Shown here: positions 39,217 through 52,679 of the stretch, in pieces
Layout of the letters: every line of letters starts with the position of its first letter
How positions within the stretch are numbered: the stretch's first letter is position 1
Source of the DNA: Vicugna vicugna
Lineage: Eukaryota
NCBI GenBank assembly: GCA_013265495.1
Contig: MU058463.1
Coordinates: 2,131,523-2,195,522 of the forward strand
DNA length: 64,000 nucleotides
Reading direction: 5' to 3'
Translations under genes and position numbers: made by a program
The notes under the pieces: generated by a model
What the model was told of the DNA's origin: nothing
Database searches by the model: none
What the model saw: the letters and a program-made list of their open reading frames with translations, nothing else

Positions 39217-41429
39217 TTGGAACTCAGGCTCAAATCAGCTTGCTCCCTGATTGGATTAAGGTGATCTGCTCCTCTAAGACCTGCCCTCCAGAAGCTAAAG
39301 AAATTCTCTCTGAAGAAGGAGAGCATCTCCTAGCTCTTCCACAACTTTTCATACATGAGGTCGAGCCTTCTCCGAAAGATTGTCAGACGCACTCAGGGAG
39401 AGGACTAGGAGGGAAAAAAACATAATAGAACCGGACCCAGTTGTGATTCGAATGCAGAAATGATCAGACCCAAGTTTTAAAACCAGAGCAGATTTCCACC
39501 CCCTTTACCACAAGCAGTTCACAAAGGATCCCGGACAGACGTGCACTGCATGAAACCAGAACGGGACGTGGCTGAGAATCCTGGTAACTCAGAAATGGGC
39601 TTCTCTGCGGGCTGCCGTTCTGTGCGGAAGGACGCTGAGTAAGAGCTGGGAACTCTGGCCGTTGCCCCAGAGGCTCGTTCCTTTAGCCACTAGTGGTTAC
39701 TCACATGAAGCCAGTATTCCCCAGTCTCCTGGAATCATGAATTAGGGCGCAGCACTTGAATGTTTAAATAGTAAATCTGAATCGGGTGAAAGGATAGGAG
39801 AGGGTGGACTGAGTTCACGGTCAGGTGAAAAACAGGAAGCTTGGAAGACCACTAGCGAGCTTCCTAGGAGGTGCAGTGGGGGCCAGACCCTGACACCCAC
39901 CGTGGGGAGAAAGAAAATGAAGCTCCTTAATTCACAGAGTAAAGAATGCTTTCATTTTTGATTCATCAGAAGCTAGGGGAGAGGGGGGAGAGGGGGCTCT
40001 GAGAATTGTAGTTCCCCTTTCTATCTTGTCCTTCCCCCACTCATGAAGTCACAAATCAAAGAACTAATCAAATTAAGACAAGTCTCTCCATTACTCAATT
40101 CAGGTTACTTTCCTGGGTCTTTTCTCTCTTGTTTGTCCTTCCTGGACTCCCTCCAAGAATACTGCCTTTTATCCTCTTCCCTTAAGGTGCCCTAAAAGCT
40201 ATGCAGGCTGCCCAGACCTTTCCCCTAGTCCTGGCACAGGGCTATCCCTAAGGTAATGGCTTCTGGGACCAAGACAAGCAGGCAGAAAGGAGAATGAGGG
40301 GCCGCCTGGCTTTCTCCACTGGCAGCATCAGGCAGGCTCCGAACGGAGGGAGAGCTCTGGTGCTGACAAGTGCACACCAGGAGGGCCGCATCGGCCCTGT
40401 CATAGCAGGACAGGTGGCAGGCTCTGCTCTGGGCACTTACATCTGTGCTCTGGGTGTCTCTGCAAGCTGAAAACCAAGGAGAGGGGTTTTACCCTCTGTC
40501 TGCCTTCCCGTAATTCCTTTTAGTGGTGAAGCAGTTAAGGCCGTGTGCCTCCTCTTGGCTGGGAGTTTGCATTTTTTATTGGCACCGTTTTCTCCCCAGA
40601 GACAATAGCAGATTGTTTCTGGTGTTCGCAGAAGGATCTTGTTCTGGCAGGCAGGCCTCCAGTCAACACGCCTAACATCCTCTGCAAGGATCGTGCCGTG
40701 TGCCTTGTTCAAACCTGACTTTCAAGTGTCTTTTATGAAGACAATCATCCTAATCACAGCCGGCAACTGCGTGAGGAACTTGCACAAAACTGAAACCAAA
40801 AATATTCTTAAGAGAAGCAGAGAGAGAGAGAGGACGGCCAAAAGGATGGGGAGGGCAGCTGTGACTGAAATCCTTGGACCAAAATGCTTCTGACCTCAGA
40901 CCCCTTCCTGTTCCTTGATCAGAAAAAGCCCTTCTTTTCTTCCTACCTCTGACCTGGATAACAGCCTTAAATCGGCTTTATATTGGGTAATCACTGCAGC
41001 AATCATCCAGATGAGGAGCTTTCCTGGCAGGAAATAAGGAATTTTAGGCAATGAAGAACTCCCTCCCAGGGCCCGAGGGTCTGTATCCCAAACCAGCAGT
41101 CACCCCCTGCAACCATACTTCGTCCTCCACCACCAGCCAGTCCACTGTCACCAACAGCCAGAGGGAGAGCATCACACTGATAACCTCTGGGAAGGGCCCT
41201 CTCAGGGGATGAGAAATCTGAACTAAGAGAAACAATTACTAAGACCCTCATACAGTCACAGCTCATAAAGCACAAAGCAATTTTGGACTTCCGTGTCTCA
41301 AAAATTATGTGAAGAAGACAGATTTTAAAGATAAGGAAACTAATTCATCAAGGTAGAGCAACTTGCCACAGGTCACGTGGCTCGCAAATGACAAAGCTGG
41401 TTATTAAAATAAACTGTCTGGGGGAGAAA

Positions 41430-42360
41430 GGACAAATCCATCATGCAGAAAAATTCCAAATACTTTATGGAGATGCTCTGCCCTCACGGAAGTAGGACAT
41501 GGCTGCCCACTCTGTAGTGTGAGTTGAGCCCAGTGACTTCCTTCAGGGCAGGAAGGTAACTTCTGCCCTGACAGGGCAGTGGAGGTAACTTCTCCGTGGA
41601 GAAACTGACCACGACCTCAGCCAGGCGATCAAGGTCAGCATCAACAGTGACAAGTCACGTGGCTAGGATGTGCCCTGGACTGGACTTAATGAGATGGGTG
41701 CTTTACCTCTGTGCTCTGCATCCCCACAACCCATCACCCCAGTCTAATCATGAGGAAAAACATCAGAAAAAATCCAGTTGAGGGACTTTGTAATTTACAA
41801 ACACGCGACGAGCACTCTTCAAAACTGTCAAGGTCAACAAAGGCAAGGACAGTCTAAGGAACTGTCACAGCCTGCAGGAGCCTATGGAGACACGACGGGT
41901 AAATGTAATGTGCTTTCTAGATGGAATCTGGATGGAAAAGTGTCATTAGGCATAAGCTACAGGGATGTATTGTACAACAGGGGAATAGAGCCTGTGTTTT
42001 ATAATAACTGTAAATGTGTATAACCTTTTGTGAATCACTGCACTGTCTACCTGTAACTTATATAATATTGCATGACAACTACATTTCAATTTAAAAAGAA
42101 ATGTAATGCAAAATAAAAATTAAAACAAATGGTATCATAACATTAAAAAAGGTCACTTGGTGAAAACTAGGGAAATCTGAATAAATTATGGACTTTAGCT
42201 AATGATAATGTATCAATAGTGGTGCATTAATTGTGACAAATGTACGATACTAATATAAGATCTTAATAATAGAGGAAACTGTGCTGGGTATATAAGAATG
42301 CTCTGTAGTATCTTCTCAATTTTTTTCATAAATCTAAAACTGTTCAAAAATTATAATTTC
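41430..42360 (+). mobile_element. L1MC4-like 3' end with an L1MA-type 3' end nested at about 41950-42130
   Basis: gtggagaaactgacc...cctcagccaggcgatcaaggtcagcatcaacagtgacaagtca; nested ataagctacagggatgtattgtacaacagggg...caactacatttcaatt. Confidence 0.8.
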
Positions 42361-42451
42361 ATTTTACTAAAAATATGACATTCTCTGCCCCAATGTCTCT
42401 GCCTCACATCTTTCTATAATAGCGCATAGTTCTGTCTCTTATTAAGCAATA

Positions 42452-42535
42452 TTTTTTTTTGCAGCAGCAGCAGCAGAGAAAGGTTTATTACAGGGCCGAA
42501 TAAGGAGAACAGGTGGCTTATGCTCCGAAAGTCCA
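42452..42535 (-). mobile_element. Short ERV1 LTR R-region fragment next to a poly(A)-like tract
   Basis: Minus strand gagcataagccacctgttctccttattcggccctgtAATAAAcctttctctgc resembles LTR 48770-48820; T9 at 42452-42460. Confidence 0.6.
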
Positions 42536-42559
42536 TGCAAGCATTTTCTTGATGTGTAA

Positions 42560-42700
42560 CTCAATTAGCGTCTAGCTCCCGGACCAGACACTAGGTTTTG
42601 AAAAGGCAGGGATCACGCCTGCTTTTTTGAGCACTAAATCCCTACCACTTTGCACAGTGCCCGGCACATAGTAGGTGCTCAATAATGCTGAATGAATAAA
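42560..42700 (+). mobile_element. L2 3' end
   Basis: ggcagggatcacgcctg...gcacagtgcccggcacatagtaggtgctcaataatgctgaatgaataaa. Confidence 0.85.
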
Positions 42701-43854
42701 ACTAGTCCCAAAAGTACTTAGAACAAGTTTGTCTCGACACATTAAATTCAAACATACAATCCTAGGTCAGAAAGGATGCTAAAATATTTTGAAGTATCAA
42801 AACAAGAAAATAAGACCTCAGAGGTGATTTCAATTGTTAAAGTGCTAATTCTGGTGGTAGGGTTTGATGTGGACATTTAAGAACAAAGCATAAACTACAG
42901 CAAGGTTACAAACATGAGTTGGAGCCCACGTTATAAAGAAGAGGAATCAAAGAGTCAGTGAACTTCAAGATGCATACAAACAATGTGGTGTCACATGAAA
43001 AGTCTGTGTGATCAGTGTGTACTTACAGCAACACAGCGTCTGTAGGCCCCCAAGTTATCTTTTCACTTTCCTGGCTTCTTGGATTTATTCAAAATTCTGT
43101 GTACAGTTTGAGATTCCCTACAGAAAAAAAACCAAAATATTAAAATGCTTACAGAATAATTACCCCTATGAGAAAAAGTTAAAAAGTTAAGAAAGTTTAG
43201 CCAGAAAAGGGAAGAGCTAATAAGTGATTCAGTAACAATTACTTAATATGTAACAAGTGTTTTCAAGGAGAGACCTGACCACTTTCATGGCTTCACAGAA
43301 AGCCAGACAAGAGAAAAATTAGCTTAAGTTGCTATCTGCCTTTATCACCAGAAACTTCCTCTGTTATCTCCTGGGTAGTTTTAAAATTGAGATAGCCAGC
43401 CATCTGGTTGGCATGGCCCTACCAAGAAAGAAGGGGGGCCCTCATGAAAGTCTTTTATATCCTTATCAATCTATGATCCTATTACTTGACTCTGCACATA
43501 AATAAAATGATGGCCACAAGGCTTTCTTCCATCACCAACCAGACCACAGCCTTGATGTGGGTAGAAACCATTTCTGTTTTGATCACCACTCTCCTCAGCA
43601 CCTAACTTTAGCACCTGGCTGTTTGGTGCCCAATCAGTGCTTGTTGAACAAGCACATTAATAAGCAAATTGACAGTGAATCGTGAGAAAGATGACCAATT
43701 GCATCCTGATTTTTAGACTTAGAACACAAAGCAGAAGAACAAGAACAAAAGAATGTTGCTTTCGTTGCTTTCTACTCAGTCATCTAAAGAACTTAAATAG
43801 ATACTGTAAAGAAAAGCCTAGGAAAGGCATGACACTGCTCCTGGCAAAGGTCAT

Positions 43855-44422
43855 CTGCACAGGTGGCCACATTTAATATATAACCCATGCCACACGCTCT
43901 TCTTACAAAGTGACATTGACCTGCCTCCATGAAGGTCGGCATTCCCTTTCCTTGAACCCAGGCCCACCTTGTAACTGGCCCAAATGTTACAAAAATGATG
44001 CAGTGTGAGTTCTGAGGCTAATGTAACTGTCCAAGATGTTACAAAATGTGAGTTCTGAGGCTAAATTATACAAAGCAATACATGGCTCTTTCTCTCTCTC
44101 TCATTCTCTGCCTCTCTCTCTTAGAATGCTTACCCTTGAAGCCCAGCCTCCGTGTTGGGAAGAAGCCCAGGCCACATGGAAAGGCCACATGTGGTGACAC
44201 CAACATCAAGCATGAGACGTGTGAATGAATGAGCCTTTCAGACGATTCCAGCCCCAGCCTTCAAGCCTTCCACCCGGGGCCCCATTCACCATGAAGCCAC
44301 CTCTCCTGTGCTATGCCTAAATTCTGGACTCACCAAAATTGTAAAAGATAATATATGATTATTGTTGATTTAAACCACTAAGTTTCAGGTTGTTTCGTTA
44401 AACAGCAATAGAGAAGTATACA
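43855..44422 (+). mobile_element. MLT1F/G/H-like MaLR solo LTR
   Basis: gaagcccaggccacatggaaaggccacatg; gtgaatgaatgagcctttcagacgattccagcccc; ttaaaccactaagttt...cagcaataga. Confidence 0.8.
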
Positions 44423-45065
44423 GGTATTACTAAATGTTCGTTTAATTGGTTTAATTGGCTTGAATATCCCCAGTGCAGCTGAACAAATTTGCTGAACTCC
44501 TTCTCTTACATGCCTGGCACAGTGTTAGGCCCGAGGGACACACACACAGTTAAGGCCCCTCCCTTCTACTAGCTTCTTGTAAGGGGAATAAACACAAAGT
44601 AAAAAGTTAATTTGAGAATAATATGATCTGTCTATTTATTACACTAGTGGGTCTTTCCTGGCTCAAACTTGGATCCTGAAATGGGGAGCTGGTGATCCCT
44701 GTGGGCACCTCTTTACTTAAACTGACTGGCACGTGATTTCCTGGCTTTTCTCGTGATGATGAGGACAGGAAATGAAGATAAACCAGGAGGCAGAGGCTGT
44801 CTTTTCAGTGGGCTGAGGCTCCTGGGGAGGGGGGGAGAGATACAGAATGAGGGTTGGCATCTGTTACACACCCAGGCCTGATTCTCTGAGTCTCTCTGAG
44901 AGAGGAGTAAGTTGAGAAGTGAAGGCCTGAAAGTTCCTGAAAAATCCTATGAGACCCTCAGCATGGGCAGGGCTGTTTTAGGAGCCCAGGGGGTAGAGGC
45001 ATAAGCATTGTGTTACCGAGTTGGTTATTTCTCATTGAATTAATATATTCAAGGTCTGGGGGGCT

Positions 45066-45307
45066 TTTTATTGTGATAGAATATACATAGCATAAAATAT
45101 TATCACTTTAACTAGGTTTAAGTGTGCACTTCAATGGCTTTAACTGTATACTAACAATATTGTGCAACCATCACCAATATTTATCGCCAGAACTTTTTTA
45201 TCATCTCAGACTGAAACATCCATTAAACAATAACTCCCCATTCCTCCTCCTCCCAGCCTCTGGAAACTTCCATTCTACTTTGTATCCACAAACTTGACTG
45301 TTCCAGG
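45066..45307 (-). mobile_element. L1MB-like 3' end, cut off by the ERV-L LTR
   Basis: tgtgcaaccatcacca...cattaaacaataactccccattcctcctcctcccagcctctggaaacttccattctacttt. Confidence 0.8.
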
Positions 45308-45732
45308 TGTTGGTTCACAAACTCAGGAGCTTCCCAGTGAAATCTGGAGCAGCCCCGCACACGGAGGTGCAGGGAGAGGCCGAAGAAAGAGACGGGCGCT
45401 TCAGGTTGGTAGGAAGCAGTTTAATTAAGTGAAGGAACTTACTTGCAGGTTTGTCTTCACCAGCTGCAAGACGAATAGCTGTCTGCCCCCGCCTGCCAGC
45501 ATCCTGACCGTTCATACAGAAGTCTAACTGGGTACAGTCACGCCTGCATTCAGCTGGGCTCAGCAACACACTGCTCTCGCAAGCCTGTGTCCTTGAAAGC
45601 AGCTCCCAGTGTGGGAATGGTGGGGGAAACATACATTGAAAGCACAGGGGAGGCGGCGGGGAGCCTCCCGTTGCCTGGGTCCAGCTCACAGATCAACTAG
45701 AGGTCACGTCCCCTCCATGACCTCCTCCAATG
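45308..45732 (-). mobile_element. 3' LTR of a class III (ERV-L-like) provirus
   Basis: Near-inverted termini tgttgg...ccaatg; minus-strand ATTAAA near 45420; lies downstream of integrase. Confidence 0.6.
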
Positions 45733-46369
45733 CTCCCCGGCTCAGACCCGCTCTCACAACCTCGCACGCCCCTCTTCCCACAAGGTGCCCTGAGCGGTCA
45801 GCACGGGGTTTTACTAGGGTGGAGGTGGCTCATTTTGCGGCTATCTGGCTGCACTGGAGGCAGATACCACAGCAAGGGAACGGGCACCTGCAAGAGAAAG
45901 TACAGATTACAATCATGATTCCCAAAACAAGTAACAATTTTTCTGCTGAGACCCATCATTCAAACAATTGATTCATTAAGTCCCCCGGGCCGGGGTCAGT
46001 CATTCAGAGCACTCACTTGTTACCTCATGTGATTTAACAAAGTGACACAAGTGAGCAGGCTCATCAGGTGTGGGCACACGATCGTCATTTGGATAACAGC
46101 ACGTCCAGTTATCCAAGGCAGTAATCATGTCCAAGGCCATCCAGGTTTGGAGGACAGCTTTTCTCATTAGAGATTTCAGTGTTCAGTAAAGAGAGACTCC
46201 TGGCTATCAGGTGATAAGTCTTGCTGGGTGAATTAGCAAGGGCTTCTAGGTGTGCTAGAATGTCCTCCAGGCCAGTGAAAGGGACAAAGACCATGGCCCA
46301 AAGATCACACCGGTGGAAAACAGAACATGCCGATCTGGACTTGAGGAGAGGAAGTTTGCATGGCAGTAG

Positions 46370-46477
46370 GAGAAGGGCTTGGGTTAGGCCAGACACAGCA
46401 TCCACACAAACCAGGGCATAGTTAGAACCCTCACTCAGAGGAAGGGGGCCAACATAATCAATCTGCCAATCCTCCAC
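46370..46477 (-). pseudogene. Retroviral integrase core remnant (first catalytic Asp motif)
   Basis: EDWQIDYVGPLPLSEGSNYALVCVDAVSGLTQA. Confidence 0.85.
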
Positions 46478-46739
46478 TTGTTGGGAACTCCAGGGAATTG
46501 CTTCAGACTCCTTTGTCAGTTGCCTTGTTTAGAGCACACAGAACATGCTGTTACTGCATTAACCAAATCACTGTCTATCAAAGGCAATCAGCATCCTCGG
46601 AAACATACCATCCCACCCAGGCGCTACAGTTGCCACGCTTCCTAAGCACCTAATCTGCTGTGTCTGCTGAAGGGTCAAATGATAGGGCTCATACCAAGGC
46701 TAGGGCAATCAGAAAAGCTGACATTCTGATTGCCAGAGG

Positions 46740-46929
46740 GTGTCAGTGCCTTATGAACCAGGATGTGGAAGACAGTGAGGGTGTCTTTCCACACATCCTG
46801 ACCCCATGAGCACTTATTCATGATCACCCATCCCTTCGCTTCCCATTGTCCAGGCCATAGGGTTGATCCCTTTAGAACAGCCCAATTATCAGTGCAAAGG
46901 GTCAACAGCCAGGGTTCCTGAGTGATCAC
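46740..46929 (-). pseudogene. Retroviral RNase H remnant
   Basis: LTLCTDNWAVLKGSTLWPGQWEAKGWVIMNKCSWGQDVWKD...HILVH, similar to the ERV-L YTDSWAV motif. Confidence 0.8.
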
Positions 46930-48450
46930 CAGCCGAAGGCTCTGAGTTCAGCTCACTGGCTGCTGCAGTTTGTTCCTGTCTCCATCCAGATGGTGTCAAT
47001 GTTGGGCTGGCTAGACGCTGCACCCAGTGCCGACCATCTGTGTATATACATCTGGTATACACCAGGCATCAGCAGGAGTTTCTCCCGCTGCCTCCCCACA
47101 GGCTGTGAGTGCCACCACAGGAGTGGGGCGGGGGCATCTGGAGGATCTTCATACCCTACAGGCCCAGCAGCACCCGCATTTCTAGAGACCGTGGCTGGCG
47201 GACAGGGTATTTCTCTGCTGCAAATAGGCGTGTCGCTCAGGCAACATGGAGTTTGAGCCATGGCAGAGGTGAGTCGCTGGAATGTATTTCTAGCCCACCC
47301 CTTGATCGGAAGGGCCGTTTTTACCAGGGTATGTTGTTCCTTCCTGGGAGGCTTCACCAGGAGGAGCTCTGATTACACTGGGAGGAGCTGGGACCAAAAC
47401 CAGGGGTGCTCCCTCTTTCTGTTGTCTCTGCCAGAGTGCCCAGCCCATATGTCTCCAAGTCCCAGACACTCTAATTCAAATGGTAGCCCTGCTCGGGAGA
47501 TGCCCACAGCTTTCATCTGCTTCACTGGCTCATGTCTGCCTTCTCAAAGGCAGCTTGCCGCACTGATCCCCAGCGCTGAGGGGAGCAGAAAACTTCTGAG
47601 GGTGACTGTGTGTTAGAGTGCATTTGTGACTAGAGCAAGCACATTTTGTTTATTTCTGGGGAGACCAGTGAATGGTGAGTTCAACACGAGACTTCCAATC
47701 TGCTGCCCTCCCTTGGCGGCAGTCTTGGCCTGTATCGCGTACCCAGGGCGAGGGAGGTACCCACCCCGAGGAGGACTGTGTCCCCCAGGCCTCTGCTGGG
47801 GTCAGTGGGGCCTCAGGGATAGTAGGGGCAGGTGGGCAGGTCTGCACTGTTGTTCAGGCTTCAAGTCTTGGGTTTTTGTCTTTTGACCTCTCCCTCGGGT
47901 CTTTCCCACTGTCCATACCCATTCCAGGATTTATCAGTTTCCCCCAGATCAGCAGGGGACTACCCAGCATCATAGATGTCTTGCCCACCCCAGGGCTCAG
48001 CATGGATATCAGCACCCCGTACTGAGTGCTGGCAGTGGACTGGAGTGTTTTAACTTTCTTTCTAGCAATGAACGTGGTCTTCAAAGTTGGCCTGTCCCAC
48101 TCCCAACTCCCTAAGAATTTGTTGCACCTCCTTCAGAGATTTCCACGGTGCCACAGGCTGTCAGGTTCCCTTCGTTGAGCCAAGCCTCCCTCCCCGCAGG
48201 CTGGAATAAGACAGTCTGTAAGGGAGAGAGGGCACAGTCTGAACCCCGGCCCCGGGCACCACACAGGCACTGCTGGGGAACGGTGTGTGCGGTGACGTAG
48301 CTCATGTTCTCTGCCTCCTGCCTGGTCATAAAAATGCCATCACCACCTCCTGCCCCACCTCCTTCCCATCAGCACACCAACCAGACTTGGATACTTTCCC
48401 TGCCTTCTGCTGGAACTTGACAGCTCTATCCATAAGCTCAGCTGGAGTAC

Positions 48451-48893
48451 TGTAACCGACCAAGCAGGGCCCGATGGGGCCTTCCTGGGACACACCGCTC
48501 CCCCATGTCCTCTGCTGTAGCTCCTCTCTGAAGTACCCAGATAGTAGAAGCTCATGCATATTTCCTGAGTTTTTCAGATGCTACAAACCACCACCAATTG
48601 GAAGAAATTAAGGACTTGATGATCATGAACATGTGGCCCTCAGACCTTCTGGCACCATCAACCAATCAGAGAACTGTGCACAGCGGATCTCGTACCCTGG
48701 GACGCCCCTCCCTCGCCTGGCCTTTAAAAAGGCTCAGCTGAAGCCCGTTGAGGAGTGCTGCGTTTTTTGGGCATGAGCTACCGGTTCTCTTTGCTTGGCT
48801 CAGCAATAACCCTTTCTCTTCCCCAGACTCCGACATTTTGGTATTTTTTGGCCTCACTGTATGCGAGGGTACATTAACTTGCATTTGGTAACA
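48451..48893 (+). mobile_element. 5' LTR (ERV1)
   Basis: TG...CA termini; ccaat box; tttaaaaa TATA-like box; degenerate poly(A) signal aataac; aligns to 53199-53636. Confidence 0.92.
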
Positions 48894-49851
48894 GTTCAAG
48901 GGAAGCTAGACTAGGAGTTTGTGTCCATGCAGGTCAACGTCGCCCAGGGGCAGACCCTTCCCTGGGTCGCAGCAGCTGCCAGAGCTCACGTCACTCCGGG
49001 AACAGGGAGGGCCTCTTCCTGACGGGCGCCAGCCGCCCCACAGCACCAGGCTGTCTGGATCCGAGGAACGTGGAGCTGCCGTCCACATCCAGGGTCGCCT
49101 GGGGGTAAGTCGCTCCTGCCTGCGCAGGCTGGCAATTCTCTCCGCTCTGGGCTTGTTCCCACTGGGATGGAGCCATTCTGGGCTCATAGCGAGCCACTCT
49201 GGGTCCGTTCTCTTTCGGGAGCTGGGCCCGTCTGTTGGAGGCCTCGGTCTGGGGGTGAAAGTGGAATTTTTAGGTGACACTTCCTCCTCTGATTGTCTGT
49301 GCAACAATAGCTCATTTGCTGTTTGTGGTTTTGGGTGTATTGTTTTAGGGTGAGCCACTCCAGCTTTCACAGGGTGGGAAAACCCTACCTGCTCCACCTA
49401 GACTCATTCCCTTCTGGGAAGTGGGCCATTCTGGGCTCATTGGAAGCCACTCTTTTGGGAGACAGACCACTTCGGAGGCCCCTGTCTGGGAGTGGAAGAA
49501 CAACTTTGGGGCTACACCCCACCTGATCTTTTGTTTGTGGAGCCTGATTTGTTGTTTTGATGTGTGTGTGTATCAGTACTTGCACTGGCTGGCTGAGATG
49601 TCTTTGATGAGTAATAGGGCTCACGTGTGACGATACCAGGGCGTCCTTCCCTGTTGCATTGGTTGGGATTTTCCCTTTCTAGTCTTGGTCATTCATGAAG
49701 CTGCATCTCCCCTTTTGGACTGGTGGGGCACTGGTTGGGAATCCCTCTTTTGGGGGCTAGGGAACTGGGACCGTGTGAGTCCATTTTGAATCATTTGATA
49801 ACATCAGCCATGAATAATTAACTATGGATATTATAACTCTTGCATCTTATA

Positions 49852-49960
49852 GTCCCCCTGGGGTATATTTTGCAAAACTGGGAGATTTTCAGCTATGCAC
49901 CCATAAATGAAAGAAAATGATATTTTTTATTGTAACACTATGTGGGCTCAGTACTCCCTG
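49852..49960 (+). pseudogene. Gamma-type gag matrix remnant, frameshifted
   Basis: Translates across frameshifts as PLGYILQNWEIF...KMIF/YCNTMWAQYSL, like ERV1 MA PLGCIL.NW..F...LIFFCNTAWPQY.L. Confidence 0.75.
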
Positions 49961-52679
49961 AGATCTCCAACTGCTTTGGCTTTTATTTTGGTTGGGGGTG
50001 AGGGGGTGTGGGTATCTGAGTCTAAATCCTGTTTGCTCTTCCTGCTTTTGCTGAAAGTGAGGCATGTAAATGCGAGTGAATGATAAAGATATTGTATGTA
50101 TATATAATAATAATATATATATTATATATATAATATATATTGTCTATTTCTACTCTTATTTCTTTCAACTGCAGTGGGTATTGGGAAACTGGGGAGAAAA
50201 AATCCCTAAAAATAGTCAAGATGGTTGGGTTTTGTAAAAGCAATTGAGGAATTCGCATTTCTCTTCCTGTGCCTTTAAGATGTAAATGATCTACCTGCGC
50301 TCTCAAGGGGAAAAGAGTTGGGGGGAAAAAAAAACCCAAGCAGAAAAACTGAGATCTGTAGTTCTGTTTGTATGTTGAAAAAAAAAAAAAATTAACCTGT
50401 AAATGAGCTCTATTTAATTGACTTAAAAGTAAATGTTTACAAATTAAATACTTCTAAACACAAAATGTGCTAGACAGAACAAATTTCAAGTTCATGTGCT
50501 TGGGAAATATTCAATATTGAATTGATATCTGATATTACAGTTAGCTTAAGCTTGTTGGTATAATCAATACAGACATGTCTTTTATTGTACTTAAGTTTAC
50601 GGAAGATCAATTAAGTTCATGTTTCTCTTGCAGTTTGTCAACAGAAAGAAAAAAATTAACTTAGTATGATGAAATTCTTATAAGTGAAGTAAATGCAAAT
50701 AAGTTAGGAGCTTTTGGGTGAACTCTTTGGAAATAATTATATTTTAGGAATGTCTACTTTAAAATGCTCTCTCCAGATATTTGGTGAGTTGAAATTTTAG
50801 AGTTGTGCTAAATTAAATGATGAAAGTTTATTGGCTAGTTGGATGGCTACTTGGATAGCTAGGTCATTCATTCCCAAACAAAATAAGGTACTGAAACATT
50901 CACTAGAAATTACGGTTTTTGAGAATTCTAATTTAAACATGTAATTGAAATTACTAAAAATAATTGGAGTTACTAAAAATTTCAGTATACAGTAGGAAGG
51001 AAGGATGTATATTTTGAGGGAAAAAAAAAGGTATGAGAAATGGAATTGCAGTTTAAGGGAAAAGAAATTCATTTGATCCTAGAGCTGACTGTTTCTAGAT
51101 TGGGGAAAAAATAAGGGACAAACTAATGGATACAGAAAGTTGTGGAAAGGGAGCCCTAATAAAGGAGTTCTGTGTGTGGTTGGACTGAGATTAGGTTGAA
51201 CTTAATTGGGTAAATGGATTTTATAATTGAAAATAGACTGGTGCAGGACTAGATCTGGTTCCACTGTTAAAAGAACAAGTTTACTTAGAATGCTTCTGAC
51301 AACAGATTGTGTGAAACTATTTGATATTTCTGACAGACTTCCTATCAAATTCTAATTGAAGTTCTTTTAACTTCAGCTAACTTTGAGATGCTTCAAAAGG
51401 TCCGTAAGACATCAAAGAGAAAAATATCTAACTAGGGTTTGTTGGTATATTGAATTGCATGGGAATCATTGTGAAATGAATGATAAGCCTCCTCGGATTA
51501 TACAGTATGGATAAATTGTGTTGGTAGGGCCAGTCTAGAAATTATATGGAGTTTTTGAAATTTCGATAATGCTACCAGTCATAATTCTGGGTGTTTACTT
51601 GATGTTGTATGTCACAGCAACCTGATTAAGCTTCTTTGTCAAAAACCTTGTTATCAGGTCTTTTACTTTACTTTTTTGGGGTCTTTTATCATTGATAGAC
51701 AATTAAACTGATGCTTTGCAGAACTGTCTCACCTTCAAGAGGATTTATAAGGGGGGCTTTTCGACAAGTACAGGTTTCTTTTAAATCATACTGCCGAGCT
51801 GGGTGGGAAGTTTAAGAAGTCTAATAAAAATTGATTTCATAAAACTGGTAGTAAAAGGGATTGATTGCATAGGATTGAGTAAACTGATGAATATGGTTTT
51901 TTTTTGGTTGTCTGAAGTATTATTGGCTTTTAATCTATTTTTCTAATTGAACTGTTTACCAAATATTTGTCGCCCTTCTCTACCTTGTCCCCCATGTTTA
52001 AGATAAATTCTCTGATGTAGTTGTCACAGAGTATAACTACTCATGATGTGTAACAATGCTTGCTTGAAGCCTATTGCTAAAAGCACGTGTACAGTGCTTG
52101 CGTGACAATAGGGTATAAGTGTATAGCCCATAAAGTGTTTGCCCATCAACGTATCTCTGAGCCTGTTCATAATATGTGATTAGTTTCTCCCCAACTAGGA
52201 TAACTAGGCAAATATAGAGGAGGCCTAGCACCGAGGGACACCATCTGAACCTGGGGCAGGAGCCATCCCCTGGCATTGAGATTCTGATCATCAAAGCTTT
52301 CTATTGAAAAATTTGTAATCGATAGAGGAAATATCAAAAAATCTATACATATTGAGATATAGGGAATTTATTCTAGCTTATGCATGCTTTGACTTAAACT
52401 TTGCTGACCAAAGCGGTCTGTTTTGTGGCCTTTTGGACATGCATCGTACATCGACTTTGGCCTTGAGGAGGGGAACGTATTTGAAAAATCAAAATGGAGG
52501 AGCTGTGGTTCAGACATCCAAGGTAAATCTAGGTGCCCATTGTGGAGGTGATTTCAGACACGTTCCTGTACTGTTGAGGTCTGGAATTTTCTGGGCTTTG
52601 TCATACTCAGGATGCTCCAGCCATTCTCAAGCAGTGTCTGTTAGCCGGTGGCAGCTATAACCTTATGACCTCAAAGTCT

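Larger units (their letters stand above)
45733..48450 (-). mobile_element. Class III (ERV-L superfamily) internal region: gag-(pro)-RNase H-integrase remnants, RT core and 5' end missing
   Basis: Integrase WQIDYVGPLPLSEG...CVDAVSGL; RNase H CTDNWAVLKG..LW.GQW; tether TALPIKGW; gag TPAELMDRAVKFQQKAG. Confidence 0.85.

Noticed and set aside
48906..49397. 163-aa and 144-aa overlapping ORFs
   Set aside because: They lie in the GC-rich ERV leader, where long open frames arise by chance; no recognisable domain.
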